Of a DNA stretch of 64,000 nucleotides, positions 1-10,075 are shown one piece after another. A model generated the notes under the pieces. It had not been told where the DNA came from. It did no database searches and was given only the letters and a program-made list of their open reading frames with translations. This stretch comes from an uncultured beta proteobacterium (lineage in GTDB: Bacteria; Pseudomonadota; Gammaproteobacteria; Burkholderiales; SG8-39). Made by a program: the position numbers and the translations under genes. The stretch is taken from the NCBI GenBank assembly GCA_963827595.1, contig CAWHBT010000016.1, positions 172,803 to 236,802 on the forward strand, read 5' to 3'. Position 1 is the stretch's first letter; each line of letters begins with the position of its first letter.

Positions 1-82
1 AAGAGAGCGTCGTGGGCATGCTTGCGCCGAGTATAGCGAAGCGAGTGGCTCATGCGCCGAGCCTGAGTACAATCCCGGCGCG

Positions 83-1687
83 ATGCATTGGACCGACGTT
101 CCGCCGCTCCGCGACGAGACCCACTTCGGGCGCGCGCTGCGCTGTTTCGCGGATCGGCCATTCAACCTCAACGCGATGTTCGCCGATACGGTCGCCCGCT
201 ACGGCGGCCGCGAGGCCCTCGTCGACGGCGAGCAGCGGCTCGACTACGCGCGGCTCGATCGCATCGCCGACCGTCTCGCCGGGCACTTCCACCGCCTCGG
301 CCTCGCGCGCGGCGACCGGATCGCGCTGTACCTCGGGAACGAGCGCGAGTTCGTGCACGCCCTGCTCGCCACCTTGCGGCTCGGCGCCATCGCGGTGCCG
401 GTCAACGTCCGCGAGCAGCGCCCGGAGCTCGCTTTCATCCTCAATCAGTGCGGCGCCAGAGCGATCGCGTTCGACGCGGCCCTCGCCGACCGCATCCCGG
501 CGCCGGGCGATGTCCCTGCGCTCGCGGTTCGCCTGAGCGTCGGCGGCGCGGTGCCCGGCGCGATCGCCTTCGACGAGCTGCTCGAGACGCGCTCGCCAGA
601 CGCGCCGCGCGCGGACCCGGCCGAAGCGGAACCGGCGGTGATCCTGTACACCTCGGGGACCACCGGCCGCCCGAAGGGCGCGGTGCTGACGCACCTCAAC
701 GTGATCCACTCGGTGCTTCACTACCGGGTCTGCATGCGGCTCACCTCGGCCGATCGCTCGTTGCTCGCGGTGCCGGCGAGCCACGTCACCGGGCTCGTGG
801 CCATCACCCTCGCCATGTTCGCGGTCGGCGGCTGCGTGATCATGTTGCGCGAGTTCAAGGCGCGGGCCTTCCTCGAGCTCGCCGCGCGCGAGCGGATGAC
901 GCACACGCTGGTCGTGCCGGCGATCTACAACCTGTGCCTGCGCGACCCCGACTTCGGCCGGTTCGACCTCTCGGCCTGGCGCGTCGGGGGCTTCGGCGGC
1001 GCGCCGATGCCCGAGGGGACGATCCGGTCGCTCGCGGAGCAGCTGCCCGGATTGACGCTGGTGAATGCGTACGGTGCGACCGAGACGACCTCGCCCACCA
1101 CCATCATGCCGATGGGGCTGCAGACCGCGAACCTCGACAGCGTCGGCGTGGCCGTGCCTTGCGCCGCGGTGCGCGTGGTGGACGACGCCGGCCGGGACGT
1201 CGCGCCGGGCGACTCCGGCGAGATCTGGATCGCCGGGCCGATGGTGGTGCCCGGCTACTGGGACAACCCGGAGGCGACCGCCCGCGAGTTCGATGGCGGC
1301 TATTGGAAGTCGGGGGACATCGGCGCGATGGACGCGCGCGGCTTCGTGCGCGTCTTCGACCGCAAGAAGGACCTCATCAACCGGGGCGGCTACAAGGTCT
1401 ACAGCGCGGAGGTCGAAAGCGTCCTCAGCCTCCACGCGGCAGTGGTCGAATCCGCATTGCTCCCCGTCCCCGACCCGGTGCTGGGAGAGAAGACCCGCGC
1501 AATCGTCGTCGCCTCCGACGCGGGCTGCGACGCCGACGCGCTTCGGGCACACTGCGCGCAGCATCTGGCGGACTACAAGGTGCCCGACTTCTTCGTTTTT
1601 CGGTCCGAGCCCCTCCCGCGCAACGCGAACGGCAAGGTGCTGAAGCGCGCGCTGCGCGACGATCGGTCGGGGCAGTCAAGGTCTTGA
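83..1687 (+). CDS. AMP-dependent acyl-CoA synthetase/ligase
   Basis: 534-aa ORF with the adenylate-forming signature YTSGTTGRPKGAVLTH, GYWKSGD and a C-terminal NANGKVLKR motif. Confidence 0.9.
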   Translation: MHWTDVPPLRDETHFGRALRCFADRPFNLNAMFADTVARYGGREALVDGEQRLDYARLDRIADRLAGHFHRLGLARGDRIALYLGNEREFVHALLATLRLGAIAVPVNVREQRPELAFILNQCGARAIAFDAALADRIPAPGDVPALAVRLSVGGAVPGAIAFDELLETRSPDAPRADPAEAEPAVILYTSGTTGRPKGAVLTHLNVIHSVLHYRVCMRLTSADRSLLAVPASHVTGLVAITLAMFAVGGCVIMLREFKARAFLELAARERMTHTLVVPAIYNLCLRDPDFGRFDLSAWRVGGFGGAPMPEGTIRSLAEQLPGLTLVNAYGATETTSPTTIMPMGLQTANLDSVGVAVPCAAVRVVDDAGRDVAPGDSGEIWIAGPMVVPGYWDNPEATAREFDGGYWKSGDIGAMDARGFVRVFDRKKDLINRGGYKVYSAEVESVLSLHAAVVESALLPVPDPVLGEKTRAIVVASDAGCDADALRAHCAQHLADYKVPDFFVFRSEPLPRNANGKVLKRALRDDRSGQSRS

Positions 1688-1796
1688 TCGCGACCGTCCG
1701 CCCGATCACGGGATCCAGCGCCTTGTAGACGCAGCCCATGCCGCCCTCCCCGAGGACGGAGAGGATCTGGTATCGACCGAGCGTGCGGGGGTTCAT
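1677..1796 (-). pseudogene. Ser/Thr protein kinase, N-terminal ~40-aa remnant only
   Basis: ATG at 1796 encodes MNPRTLGRYQILSVLGEGGMGCVYKALDPVIGRTVAIKTL (glycine-rich loop GxGxxG plus VAIK lysine). Kinase similarity stops where the convergent acyl-CoA ligase ends (stop 1685-1687). The rest of the 123-aa ORF is antisense to that gene. Confidence 0.5.
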
Positions 1797-1830
1797 CGAC
1801 TCCCCAGTGTAGCGGTGATCGTTGGGGCGG

Positions 1831-3162
1831 TCAGCCCCCGGCCGGCGCTGCGGCAGCCGCCGCGCCGTCCCCGAGCACCGCCCGCCGCACGAGCGCGATG
1901 TGCTCGCGCAAGATGTACAGCTGGTTCGCGAAGGCGAGCGGCGTCCGGATCCGGTTCACGCGCGCCTCGAGCCGGTCGAGCTCGGCGAGCCACTCGTCCC
2001 GGGGCCGCGCGCCCGGATCGCGAAGCCACGCCTCCTCGAGAAACTTGAGCTGGCCGTACCACTTGTAGATCCGCGAGCGCGAGCGCCACCCGTAGAGCGC
2101 CGGCGCGATCCGCATCAGCGGGATCATGAGCACGAACACCGGAATGAGGAGCACCACGAGCCGGTCGATGAGCGTCGCCACCCAGAACGGCAGGTAGCGC
2201 TGCAGGAAGCGCGTGCCGGACCGGTAGAACCGGTCGGCCTCCGGCGAGAGCGGAAAGTCCACCTGCCGGGGGTTCGGAAACTCGCCGGCGCGCTGGAAAA
2301 GCCCGGGTTGCCCGTGCACCTCGGCGGCGGCCTGGAGCAGGACGTCGATGAGCGCCGGATGAATGGACTCCCGCGCGACGAGCGCTGCTACCGGGGCGAC
2401 GAGCGTCACGTCGCGGCTGGGGATGTCGCGTACGAGATCAATCGCCCCGCGCGGCAGCGTGAGCCTCGAGAGGTACGGCCACCGGCGCACGTAGGCGTCG
2501 GCGAGCGCGAAGCTCATGAGACGGAAGCCCTCGCTGTAGAACGAGGCCCACACCGCGCCCGAGTTTGCGGGCCCGACCAGGAAGATCGCGTCGACCTTGC
2601 CGGCCTTGAGCGCCTCGACCGCCTCCAGGCCGCCGAGCGGCAGGAGGCGGGTCGGCGTTGCGGCGGCACCGCTTGCCTCCAGCAGATCGAGCCCGAGCTT
2701 GCGAGTACCGCTCCCCTCGGCGCCGATCGCGATCCTTTTCCCGCGCAGGTGCACGAGCTGGTCGAGCGGCTCGGGATTGCGGTAGAACACCCAGAGCGGC
2801 TCGTAGTAGATGCTGCCGAGCGAGACCAGACCCGCAGCGTCGCTCCCGAGGCCGAGGCCGCCCTGCACGAACGCGACGTCGACGTCCTCCTCCGCCGCGC
2901 GCAGCAGCGCGAGGTTCTCGACCGCCCCGGCCGTCGTGCGCTCGATGAACGTGATCCCATTCCGCTCGATGAGCGGCTTGTAGAGCGCGGCGAAGCGCTG
3001 GTAGGCCCCACCTTCGCCGCCGGTGGCCATCACCACCCGGTTCGGGGGCGCGGGCTGGATGAACTGCGCCGCGTACCAGAACCCCGCGATGAGGAGCGCC
3101 AGCATCGGGATGCCGACGGCGAGGGCGTCGCGCAGGGCGAGTTCGCGGAGTCCGATCCTCAC
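1831..3162 (-). CDS. TAXI-family TRAP-type solute-binding protein with N- and C-terminal membrane segments
   Basis: C-terminal 424-443 aa of the 1215-aa track ORF. Contains VVMATGGEGGAYQRFA...GKRIAIGAEGSGTR, typical of TAXI/TTT-like receptors. Hydrophobic N-terminus (LALLIAGFWYAAQF) and C-terminal TM pair (LPFWVATLIDRLVVLLIPVFVLMIPL). GTG start at 3162, alternative ATG at 3105. Confidence 0.75.
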   Translation of the reverse strand: MRIGLRELALRDALAVGIPMLALLIAGFWYAAQFIQPAPPNRVVMATGGEGGAYQRFAALYKPLIERNGITFIERTTAGAVENLALLRAAEEDVDVAFVQGGLGLGSDAAGLVSLGSIYYEPLWVFYRNPEPLDQLVHLRGKRIAIGAEGSGTRKLGLDLLEASGAAATPTRLLPLGGLEAVEALKAGKVDAIFLVGPANSGAVWASFYSEGFRLMSFALADAYVRRWPYLSRLTLPRGAIDLVRDIPSRDVTLVAPVAALVARESIHPALIDVLLQAAAEVHGQPGLFQRAGEFPNPRQVDFPLSPEADRFYRSGTRFLQRYLPFWVATLIDRLVVLLIPVFVLMIPLMRIAPALYGWRSRSRIYKWYGQLKFLEEAWLRDPGARPRDEWLAELDRLEARVNRIRTPLAFANQLYILREHIALVRRAVLGDGAAAAAAPAGG

Positions 3163-3191
3163 GTCAGGCCTCGCATCCGCCTGGACTCGGG

Positions 3192-5675
3192 CTACACCTC
3201 GCGCAGCGCGGCGATCGGCGGATGGTTCAGCGCCGCCCGCGCGCCCGCCCAGATGTTCAGCGACACGCACGCGAGCCCGAGCGCCGGCCCGGCGAGCCAG
3301 ACCCAGTGATTCACGCGGTAGCCGAACTGGAACACCTGGGTCGCGATCACGAACCCGATCGCCGTCGCGCCGACCGCCGCGAGCGCGCCCGCAAGGAGCC
3401 CCAGGGCGAGGAACTCGGTGCGCTGCGCGGCGAGCACCTGGGCGCGGCTCGCGCCCAGCGCGCGCATCACCGCGGCCTCGTGCACGCGCTCGTCCTGCGT
3501 CGCGAGCAGCGCCGCGTACAGGACCAGAACGCCAGCTCCGAGCGCGAACAGGAACACGAACTGCACCGCGCGGATCACCTGATTCATCATGCTGTCCACC
3601 TGCCGCAGGATCGCGCTGGTGTCGATGACCGTCAGGGTCGGGAACCGCTGCGACAGCCGGTTGACGAATGCCGCCTGCGAATCGGGAAGGTGGAAGCTCG
3701 TCACGTAGGTGCTGGGGAATCCCTCGAGCAGCTTCGGGGTCGTGATCACGAAGAAATTGACGCGCATCGAGTCCCAGTCGAGCTTGCGCACGTTGGTGAT
3801 CGGCGCTTCGAAGCCCTGCCCCGCGACCTGCCAGCCGAGGCGATCGCCGATCTTCCAGCCCAGCGATTTCGCGATGCCCTCCTCCACCGACAGGCCGCCC
3901 GACTCGAGCTCGCGCGGCCCGAACCAGGCGCCGGAGACGACGTCGTTGTGCGCCGGCCGCACCGCCAGGAACGACAGGTTGAACTCCCGCTCGACGAGCC
4001 GCTTGTCGCGCCCTTCGAACGATTCCGCTTCGATCGGCGCGCCGTTCAGCGCGACGTACCGCCCCCGGATCATAGGGTAGAGGCGCGGCGCGGCGATCTG
4101 GTTCGCGGCGAAGAACGCGGCGAGCGGCTCCCGCTGCTCGGGCTGGATACCGACGATGAACCGGTTCGGCGCGTCGGGCGGCGTCTTCGAGCGCCACGTC
4201 TCGAGGAGGTCGGCACGCGTGAACGTGAGCAGGAGGATCGCCGTCAGCCCGAGGCTGAGCGCGATGATCTGCACCGTGTTCGTGCGCGCGCGCCGGCGCA
4301 GCGACGCCAGCCCGTAGCGCCAGCTCGCGCCCGCAAGTCCCGACGCCCGCGCGGCGGCGTGGAGCGCGCCGAACGCGACGACCGCGAACACCACGAGCCC
4401 GGCAGCGAACCCGCCCAGGACGATGAGGCCGAGCTTGGTGTCCCCGGCCTGCCAGACGAGGAGCGCCGCCATCGCCGCCGCGCCCAGCCCGTAGGCGAGG
4501 ACCACGCTCTGCCGCGGCGCACCCACGTCGCGACGGATCACGCGCAGCGCGGGCACCTGCTTGAGCTGCAGCAGGGGCGGCAGCGCGAAGCCGAGCAGCA
4601 GCGCCATGCCGGTGAGGAAGCCCTGCGCCGCAGGCAGCGGTGTGGGCTGCGGCAGCGCGATGATCACCAGGCTCGCCACCAGCCAGGAGATGACCCCCTG
4701 GGCCGCGTAGCCGGCGAGACAGCCGACCGCGCACGCCACGACCCCGAGCGCGACGAACTCCCAGGCGAAAAGCCGGGTGAGCTGTCCCTGCGTCGCGCCC
4801 AGGCAGCGCATCACCGCGTAGCCGTCGAGGTGGCGCCGGGTGTAGCGGCGCGTCGCGAGCGAGACCGCCACCGCGGCGAGGATCACCGCGAGCAGCGCCG
4901 TCAGACCGATGAACTTCTGCGCGCGCTCGAGCCCGGCGCGGATTTCGGGCCGCGCGTTGGCGAGCGTCTGCACCGACTCGCCGCGAGCGAGCCGCGGCTT
5001 GACCCACGCCTCGAACCGATCGACCGCCTCGCGCTCGCCGGCCGCGAGCAGGTAGTAGCGGACGCGGCTGCCGGGCTGGATCAGGCCGGTTTTCGGGAGA
5101 TCGTCCCGATGCATCACCAGGCGCGGCGCGATGTTGAAGAAGCTCACGCTGCGATCCGGTTCGAGCGTGAGGATCGCCGCGACCCGGAACGTCGCATCGC
5201 CGAGCTCGAGCGCGTCGCCGACGCCGGCGCCGAAGGCGAGCGCGAGCTGCTCGTCGATCCACACGCTTCCCGGCGGAGGTACGCCTTCCGCCGGGGCGTC
5301 GACGACGTTCAGCGCCGGCGCCGTACGGAGCTTGCCGCGCAGCGGGTAGCCCTCGCTCACCGCCTTGACCCCGGCGAGATGCGACGACCCGCGATGGCGC
5401 GCCATGCTGATGAACGTCGTGCTCTCGGCGAGCCTGAGGCCGCGCCGGACGATCTCGTCCCGGACCTCGGAGCGCCAAGCATGGTCGGCGTTCAGCACCA
5501 GGTCCGCGCCGAGGAGCTGGTGCGACTCCTGCACCAGTGCCTGCCGCACGCGGTCGGCGAAGAACGCGACGCTGGTGACGCTCGCCACGGCGACAACCAG
5601 TGCGAGGGCGAGAATGCGGAGTTCCCCCGCACGCCAGTCGCGCCCGAGCATCCGCAGCGGCAGTGCGAGATTCAT
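3192..5675 (-). CDS. ybbP: ABC transporter permease, FtsX-like, YbbP family
   Basis: 827-aa polytopic ORF directly downstream of the ybbA-like ATPase and divergent from tesA, the conserved tesA/ybbA/ybbP arrangement. Confidence 0.8.
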   Translation of the reverse strand: MNLALPLRMLGRDWRAGELRILALALVVAVASVTSVAFFADRVRQALVQESHQLLGADLVLNADHAWRSEVRDEIVRRGLRLAESTTFISMARHRGSSHLAGVKAVSEGYPLRGKLRTAPALNVVDAPAEGVPPPGSVWIDEQLALAFGAGVGDALELGDATFRVAAILTLEPDRSVSFFNIAPRLVMHRDDLPKTGLIQPGSRVRYYLLAAGEREAVDRFEAWVKPRLARGESVQTLANARPEIRAGLERAQKFIGLTALLAVILAAVAVSLATRRYTRRHLDGYAVMRCLGATQGQLTRLFAWEFVALGVVACAVGCLAGYAAQGVISWLVASLVIIALPQPTPLPAAQGFLTGMALLLGFALPPLLQLKQVPALRVIRRDVGAPRQSVVLAYGLGAAAMAALLVWQAGDTKLGLIVLGGFAAGLVVFAVVAFGALHAAARASGLAGASWRYGLASLRRRARTNTVQIIALSLGLTAILLLTFTRADLLETWRSKTPPDAPNRFIVGIQPEQREPLAAFFAANQIAAPRLYPMIRGRYVALNGAPIEAESFEGRDKRLVEREFNLSFLAVRPAHNDVVSGAWFGPRELESGGLSVEEGIAKSLGWKIGDRLGWQVAGQGFEAPITNVRKLDWDSMRVNFFVITTPKLLEGFPSTYVTSFHLPDSQAAFVNRLSQRFPTLTVIDTSAILRQVDSMMNQVIRAVQFVFLFALGAGVLVLYAALLATQDERVHEAAVMRALGASRAQVLAAQRTEFLALGLLAGALAAVGATAIGFVIATQVFQFGYRVNHWVWLAGPALGLACVSLNIWAGARAALNHPPIAALREV

Positions 5676-5679
5676 GGAG

Positions 5680-6372
5680 CTACTGGATCCGGCCCGCAGC
5701 CAGCCGCACCGTGCGGCCGCAGCGCGTCGCGAGCGCCTCGTCGTGCGTGACCATCACCAGGGTGGTGCCCTGCTCGGCGTTGAGCTGGAAGACGAGATCG
5801 ATGATGCCGGCGCCGGTCGCCGCATCGAGGTTCCCGGTCGGCTCGTCGGCGAGCAGCAGCTTCGGTCGCATCACGAACGCGCGCGCGAGGGCCACGCGCT
5901 GCTGCTCGCCGCCGGAAAGGTACTTCGGATAATGCCGCAGCCGCTCGCTCAGGCCCACGCGCTCGAGCATCTCGCGTGCCTTGCGGCTTGCGTCCGGATC
6001 GCCGGACAGCTCGAGCGGCAGCATCACGTTCTCCAGCGCGTTGAGCGGCGCGAGCAGCTGGAACGACTGGAACACGAAGCCGACGAGCCGCTTGCGGAGC
6101 TCCGCCCGGCCGTCCTCGTCGAGCGCGAAGAGCTCGACCCCGTCGAGCGCGACCGAGCCGCGCGTCGGCGTGTCGAGCCCGGCGAGCAGCCCCAGCAGCG
6201 TCGACTTGCCCGAGCCCGAGGCGCCGACCACGGCGACCGCCTCGCCGGACATGACCGCGAGGTCGATATCCTGGAGAATTGCGAGCTCGGAGGCCCCGCC
6301 GTTCGCCACGAGGGGCACGATTTTCGACAGGCCGGTCGCCTTCACGATCGGCTGCTGATTTCCAAGAGCCAT
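5680..6372 (-). CDS. ybbA: ABC transporter ATP-binding protein
   Basis: Walker A GASGSGKSTLL, ABC signature LSGGEQQRVALARA, Walker B LLLADEPTGNLD. Confidence 0.9.
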   Translation of the reverse strand: MALGNQQPIVKATGLSKIVPLVANGGASELAILQDIDLAVMSGEAVAVVGASGSGKSTLLGLLAGLDTPTRGSVALDGVELFALDEDGRAELRKRLVGFVFQSFQLLAPLNALENVMLPLELSGDPDASRKAREMLERVGLSERLRHYPKYLSGGEQQRVALARAFVMRPKLLLADEPTGNLDAATGAGIIDLVFQLNAEQGTTLVMVTHDEALATRCGRTVRLAAGRIQ

Positions 6373-6973
6373 GTTGCGAGGATTGCTCTTTGCGTTGTGC
6401 GCCGCCTGGAGCGCCGCGTCCGCGGCGGCCGGAACCGTTCTCGTCTACGGCGACAGCCTTTCGGCGGCGTACGGGATCAGCCAGAAGGACGGCTGGGTGA
6501 GTCTGCTCGGCGAGCGGCTGAAGCAGCGCGATTATACCGTCGTGAACGCGAGCATCTCCGGCGAGACCACGAGCGGCGGCGCGGCCCGCATCGGCGATGC
6601 GCTGGAGCGGTTCCGGCCCGACATCGTCGTCCTCGCGCTCGGCGGCAACGACGGGCTGCGGGGGCTGCCGGTCGCCGAGATGAAGGCCAATCTGACGAAG
6701 ATCGTTCGCGCCGCGCAGGCGCGCCAGGCGCGGGTGCTCGTCGTCGGCATGCGCGTTCCCCCGAACTACGGGCGGCGGTACACGGAGGAATTCTTCCAGG
6801 CGTTCGCGGAGGTCGCGAAGCAGCAGCAGGCGGCTTATGTGCCGTTCCTGCTCGAGGGCATCGGCGAGCGGCGCGAGCTGTTCCAGCCCGACCAGATCCA
6901 CCCCACCGAAGCCGCGCAGCCGCTGATGCTCGAAACCGTGTGGAAGCCGCTGCAGCCGCTGCTCAGGAAGTAG
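6371..6973 (+). CDS. tesA: SGNH/GDSL arylesterase / acyl-CoA thioesterase I
   Basis: Signal peptide followed by VLVYGDSLSAAYG (GDSL block), GGNDGLRG, and a C-terminal D..HP block. Divergent from ybbA. Confidence 0.85.
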   Translation: MLRGLLFALCAAWSAASAAAGTVLVYGDSLSAAYGISQKDGWVSLLGERLKQRDYTVVNASISGETTSGGAARIGDALERFRPDIVVLALGGNDGLRGLPVAEMKANLTKIVRAAQARQARVLVVGMRVPPNYGRRYTEEFFQAFAEVAKQQQAAYVPFLLEGIGERRELFQPDQIHPTEAAQPLMLETVWKPLQPLLRK

Positions 6974-6988
6974 CGGGTAGAATCGACG

Positions 6989-8092
6989 GTGCGAGTTTCC
7001 GCACCCAGCGCTCCCGTGAAGTTCCCCGAATCGACCAGCGTGCGCGAGATCGACCTCTTCGACGAGGTGATCGACGTCCGCTCGCCCGCGGAGTTCGCCG
7101 AGGACCACGTGCCGGGCGCGGCGAATCATCCGGTGCTCGACGACGCCGAGCGCGCCGAGGTGGGCACGCTGTACAAGCAGGTGTCGCCGTTCGACTCGAA
7201 GAAGCGTGGGGCGGTGATCGTCGCGCGCAACATCGCGCGCCATCTCGAGCAGACGTTCGTCCGGCGCGACCGCAGCTGGCGGCCGCTCGTCTACTGCTGG
7301 CGCGGCGGCGAGCGCTCCGGCGCCATGGTCCACGTGCTCCGCAAGATCGGCTGGCAGGCAACCCAGCTCCAGGGGGGCTACAAGGCCTACCGGCGGGAGG
7401 TGCTCGCGCAGCTCGAACGCCTCCCGCGCGAGTTCCGTTACGTCGTGCTCTGCGGCGAGACCGGCAGCGCGAAGAGCCGGCTGCTCGAGGCGCTCGGCAC
7501 CGCCGGCGCCCAGGTGCTCGATCTCGAGCGGCTGGCAGCCCATCGCGGCTCGGTGCTCGGCAACCTGCCGCACGCGCCGCAGCCGTCGCAGAAGCTGTTC
7601 GAGACGCAGCTGTGGGACGCGCTGCGCAAGCTCGATCCCCGCGCCCTCGTGTTCGTCGAGGCGGAGAGCAAGAAGATCGGTCAGCTGCAGGTGCCCGACG
7701 CGCTGCTCGAGACGATGCGCGCCGGCGAGTGCGTGCGAGTCGAGGCGCCCCTCGCGGCGCGCGTCAAGTTCCTCATTGACGAGTACCGGCACTTCCTCGC
7801 CGATCCGGCGCAGCTCAAGGCGCAGCTCGACTGCCTGATCGGGTTGCACGGGCGCGAGGCGATCGGCGCCTGGCGAGCGCTGGCGGATCGCGGCGAGTGG
7901 GAGCAGCTGGTCGAGGCGCTGCTCGTCGCGCACTACGACCCGGCCTACCGCCGCTCGACGCACAAGAACTACGCCGGGCTCGCGACGGCGCAGGTGCTCC
8001 GGCCCGGTGACCTCTCCCCTGCCGCCATCGCCGGCCTGGCGGAGACGCTGCGCGCGTTCGCCGCGCGTGAACCCGCCGCCGCCCAGGCCTAG
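6989..8092 (+). CDS. selU: tRNA 2-selenouridine synthase
   Basis: N-terminal rhodanese domain (IDVRSPAEFAEDHVPGAANHPVLDDAERAEVGTLYKQ, CWRGGERSG) and P-loop LCGETGSAKS. GTG start. Confidence 0.85.
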   Translation: MRVSAPSAPVKFPESTSVREIDLFDEVIDVRSPAEFAEDHVPGAANHPVLDDAERAEVGTLYKQVSPFDSKKRGAVIVARNIARHLEQTFVRRDRSWRPLVYCWRGGERSGAMVHVLRKIGWQATQLQGGYKAYRREVLAQLERLPREFRYVVLCGETGSAKSRLLEALGTAGAQVLDLERLAAHRGSVLGNLPHAPQPSQKLFETQLWDALRKLDPRALVFVEAESKKIGQLQVPDALLETMRAGECVRVEAPLAARVKFLIDEYRHFLADPAQLKAQLDCLIGLHGREAIGAWRALADRGEWEQLVEALLVAHYDPAYRRSTHKNYAGLATAQVLRPGDLSPAAIAGLAETLRAFAAREPAAAQA

Positions 8093-8111
8093 CGCGACCG
8101 CGGGCCGATCA

Positions 8112-9035
8112 TCAGAAGCCGCCCAGCACCCGCAGGTGCTGGACGACGCTGCGCCCGAGCGCGGACAGCGCGTAGCCCCCTTCGAGGACCGACACGATCC
8201 GTCCGCCCGCGTGGCGATCGGCGATGCGCTTTACCTGCTGCGTGACCCAGGCGTAGTCCTGGTCGACGAGCCGGAGCATCGCCATGTCGTCCTCGACGTG
8301 CGCGTCGAACCCGGCGGAGAAGAGAACGAGCTGGGGCTCGAAGTCGTCGAGCGCCGGCACCCAGCGGCTCTCGACCGCGTCGCGGAAGGCCTGGCTGCCG
8401 GCGCCCGCGGGCAGCGGCACGTTGACCATGTTCGGCGCCGGGTTATCGGTACCGCTGTAGGGATAGAACGGGTGCTGGAAGGTGCTGACCATCAGCGCCC
8501 GCTCGTCGTCGGAGAAAATGTCCTCGGTCCCGTTGCCGTGGTGGACGTCGAAATCGACGATCGCCACGCGCTCGAGCCCGTGGTGCTCCAGCGCGTGCCG
8601 CGCCGCCACCGCCACGTTGTTGAAGATGCAGAACCCCATCGCGCGGGTCCGCGTGGCGTGGTGGCCCGGCGGGCGAACGTTGCAGAACGCGCTCTCCGCC
8701 TCGCCGCCCAGCACCAGGTCGGTCGCGAGGACCGCGGCCCCGGCGGCGCGGAGCGCCGCGTTCCAGGTGCCGGGGCTCATCGCCGTGTCCGGGTCGAGGT
8801 GCACGATGCCCCGCTGCGGTGCCGCCGCGCGGATCGCATCGATGTACTCGCGCGGATGGACCCGCGCGAGCTGCTCGGCCGTGGCGAGCGGCGCCGCGTG
8901 GTGCTGCAGGTACCCGGCGATGCCGGACGCGATCAGCTGGTCGTCGATCGACGACAGCCGCGCCGGGCATTCCGGATGGTAGGCGCCCATGTCGTGCTGC
9001 ATGCAATCGGCATGGCCGATGAACGCGGTTGCCAT
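8112..9035 (-). CDS. histone deacetylase-family amidohydrolase (acetoin utilisation / acetylpolyamine-type)
   Basis: 307 aa with RPPGHHA, DFDVHHGNGT and SAGFDAH motifs of the HDAC/AcuC family. Confidence 0.85.
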   Translation of the reverse strand: MATAFIGHADCMQHDMGAYHPECPARLSSIDDQLIASGIAGYLQHHAAPLATAEQLARVHPREYIDAIRAAAPQRGIVHLDPDTAMSPGTWNAALRAAGAAVLATDLVLGGEAESAFCNVRPPGHHATRTRAMGFCIFNNVAVAARHALEHHGLERVAIVDFDVHHGNGTEDIFSDDERALMVSTFQHPFYPYSGTDNPAPNMVNVPLPAGAGSQAFRDAVESRWVPALDDFEPQLVLFSAGFDAHVEDDMAMLRLVDQDYAWVTQQVKRIADRHAGGRIVSVLEGGYALSALGRSVVQHLRVLGGF

Positions 9036-9101
9036 CGAATATTCCTCACTCCCCGCCGGAACCGATAGAAATCATAGCGCACGCGGGGCTACACTATTGC
9101 T

Positions 9102-10043
9102 TTGCCGCAGCTCCGCAGCTCGCCAATGTCGTCGTCCCTCCAGCGCGTGACCCAGCAGGCCGGCCGGGTGATCCTCGGCAAGGAGCGCCAGATCCGCATG
9201 GCGCTCGCGTGCCTGCTCGCCCGCGGCCACCTCCTGATCGAGGACCTGCCCGGCGTCGGCAAGACCACGCTCGCGCACGTGCTCGCGCGGTCGCTCGGGC
9301 TCGGCTTTCACCGCATCCAGTTCACGAGCGACCTGCTGCCGGCCGACATCCTCGGCGTGTCGATCTACGAGCGCGACTCGGCAACCTTCAAGTTCCACCC
9401 CGGTCCGATCTTCGCCCAGCTGATCCTGGCCGACGAGGTGAACCGCGCGACGCCGAAGACCCAGAGCGCGCTGCTCGAGGCGATGGAAGAGCACCAGGTC
9501 ACCGCCGAAGGCGAGACGCGGCGGCTGCCCGAGCCGTTCTTCGTCGTCGCCACCCAGAATCCATCGCATCAGGTCGGGACGTTCCCGCTGCCGGAGTCGC
9601 AGCTCGACCGCTTCCAGATGCGGATCGAGCTCGGCTATCCCGACCGCGACGCCGAGCGCGCGCTGCTCCAGGGCGTCGAGCGGCGCGACCTGATCGCCAC
9701 GCTCGAGCCGTGCCTCAGCCCGGGCGAGCTGGTCGAGCTGCAAAGCCTCGTGAAGCGGGTGCACATCGCGCCGGCGCTCTTCGACTACATCCAGGCGATC
9801 GTCGAGCACACGCGGCGCTCGCCCGAGTTCGTGACCGGCCTGTCGCCGCGCGCCGCGCTGGCGCTCGCCGCGTGCGCGCGCGCCTGGGCGCTGATCGATG
9901 GCCGCGACCACGTGCTGCCCGAGGACGTCCAGGCGGTGCTGCCCGGCGTCGCCACCCACCGGCTGCATCCCGTGGTGAACGGCGTGCGCCGCACGAGCTC
10001 CGACATCGCCGTCGGGCTCGTCGAGGCGGTGCCCATCCCCTGA
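9102..10043 (+). CDS. MoxR-family AAA+ ATPase
   Basis: Walker A LIEDLPGVGKTTLA, Walker B LILADEVNRATPKTQSALLEAMEE. First gene of a MoxR-DUF58-transglutaminase operon. Confidence 0.9.
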   Translation: MPQLRSSPMSSSLQRVTQQAGRVILGKERQIRMALACLLARGHLLIEDLPGVGKTTLAHVLARSLGLGFHRIQFTSDLLPADILGVSIYERDSATFKFHPGPIFAQLILADEVNRATPKTQSALLEAMEEHQVTAEGETRRLPEPFFVVATQNPSHQVGTFPLPESQLDRFQMRIELGYPDRDAERALLQGVERRDLIATLEPCLSPGELVELQSLVKRVHIAPALFDYIQAIVEHTRRSPEFVTGLSPRAALALAACARAWALIDGRDHVLPEDVQAVLPGVATHRLHPVVNGVRRTSSDIAVGLVEAVPIP

Positions 10044-10075
10044 CGACGGGTCGCGAGAGCAAGCCGTAGGCGGTC

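Noticed and set aside
12-30. GGGCATGCTTGCG at the very start of the window.
   Set aside because: Only 7 nt separate GG and GC, so this is not a sigma54 promoter.
50-1564. 504-aa ORF antisense to the acyl-CoA ligase, and many similar long ORFs in the track (for example 88-1728, 3222-5750, 5365-7779, 5672-7963, 11016-13310, 12955-14193, 17106-18860, 17389-19413, 21213-23228, 25469-28519, 25477-28971, 32784-35273, 40010-41962, 41908-44007, 45331-47154 upstream part, 51898-53688, 57183-58745).
   Set aside because: They overlap, in other frames or strands, genes with clear family signatures. Their translations are Arg/Ala/Pro/Gly-rich low-complexity sequence, typical of stop-codon-poor alternative frames in ~70% GC DNA. 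No SD or motif supports them.
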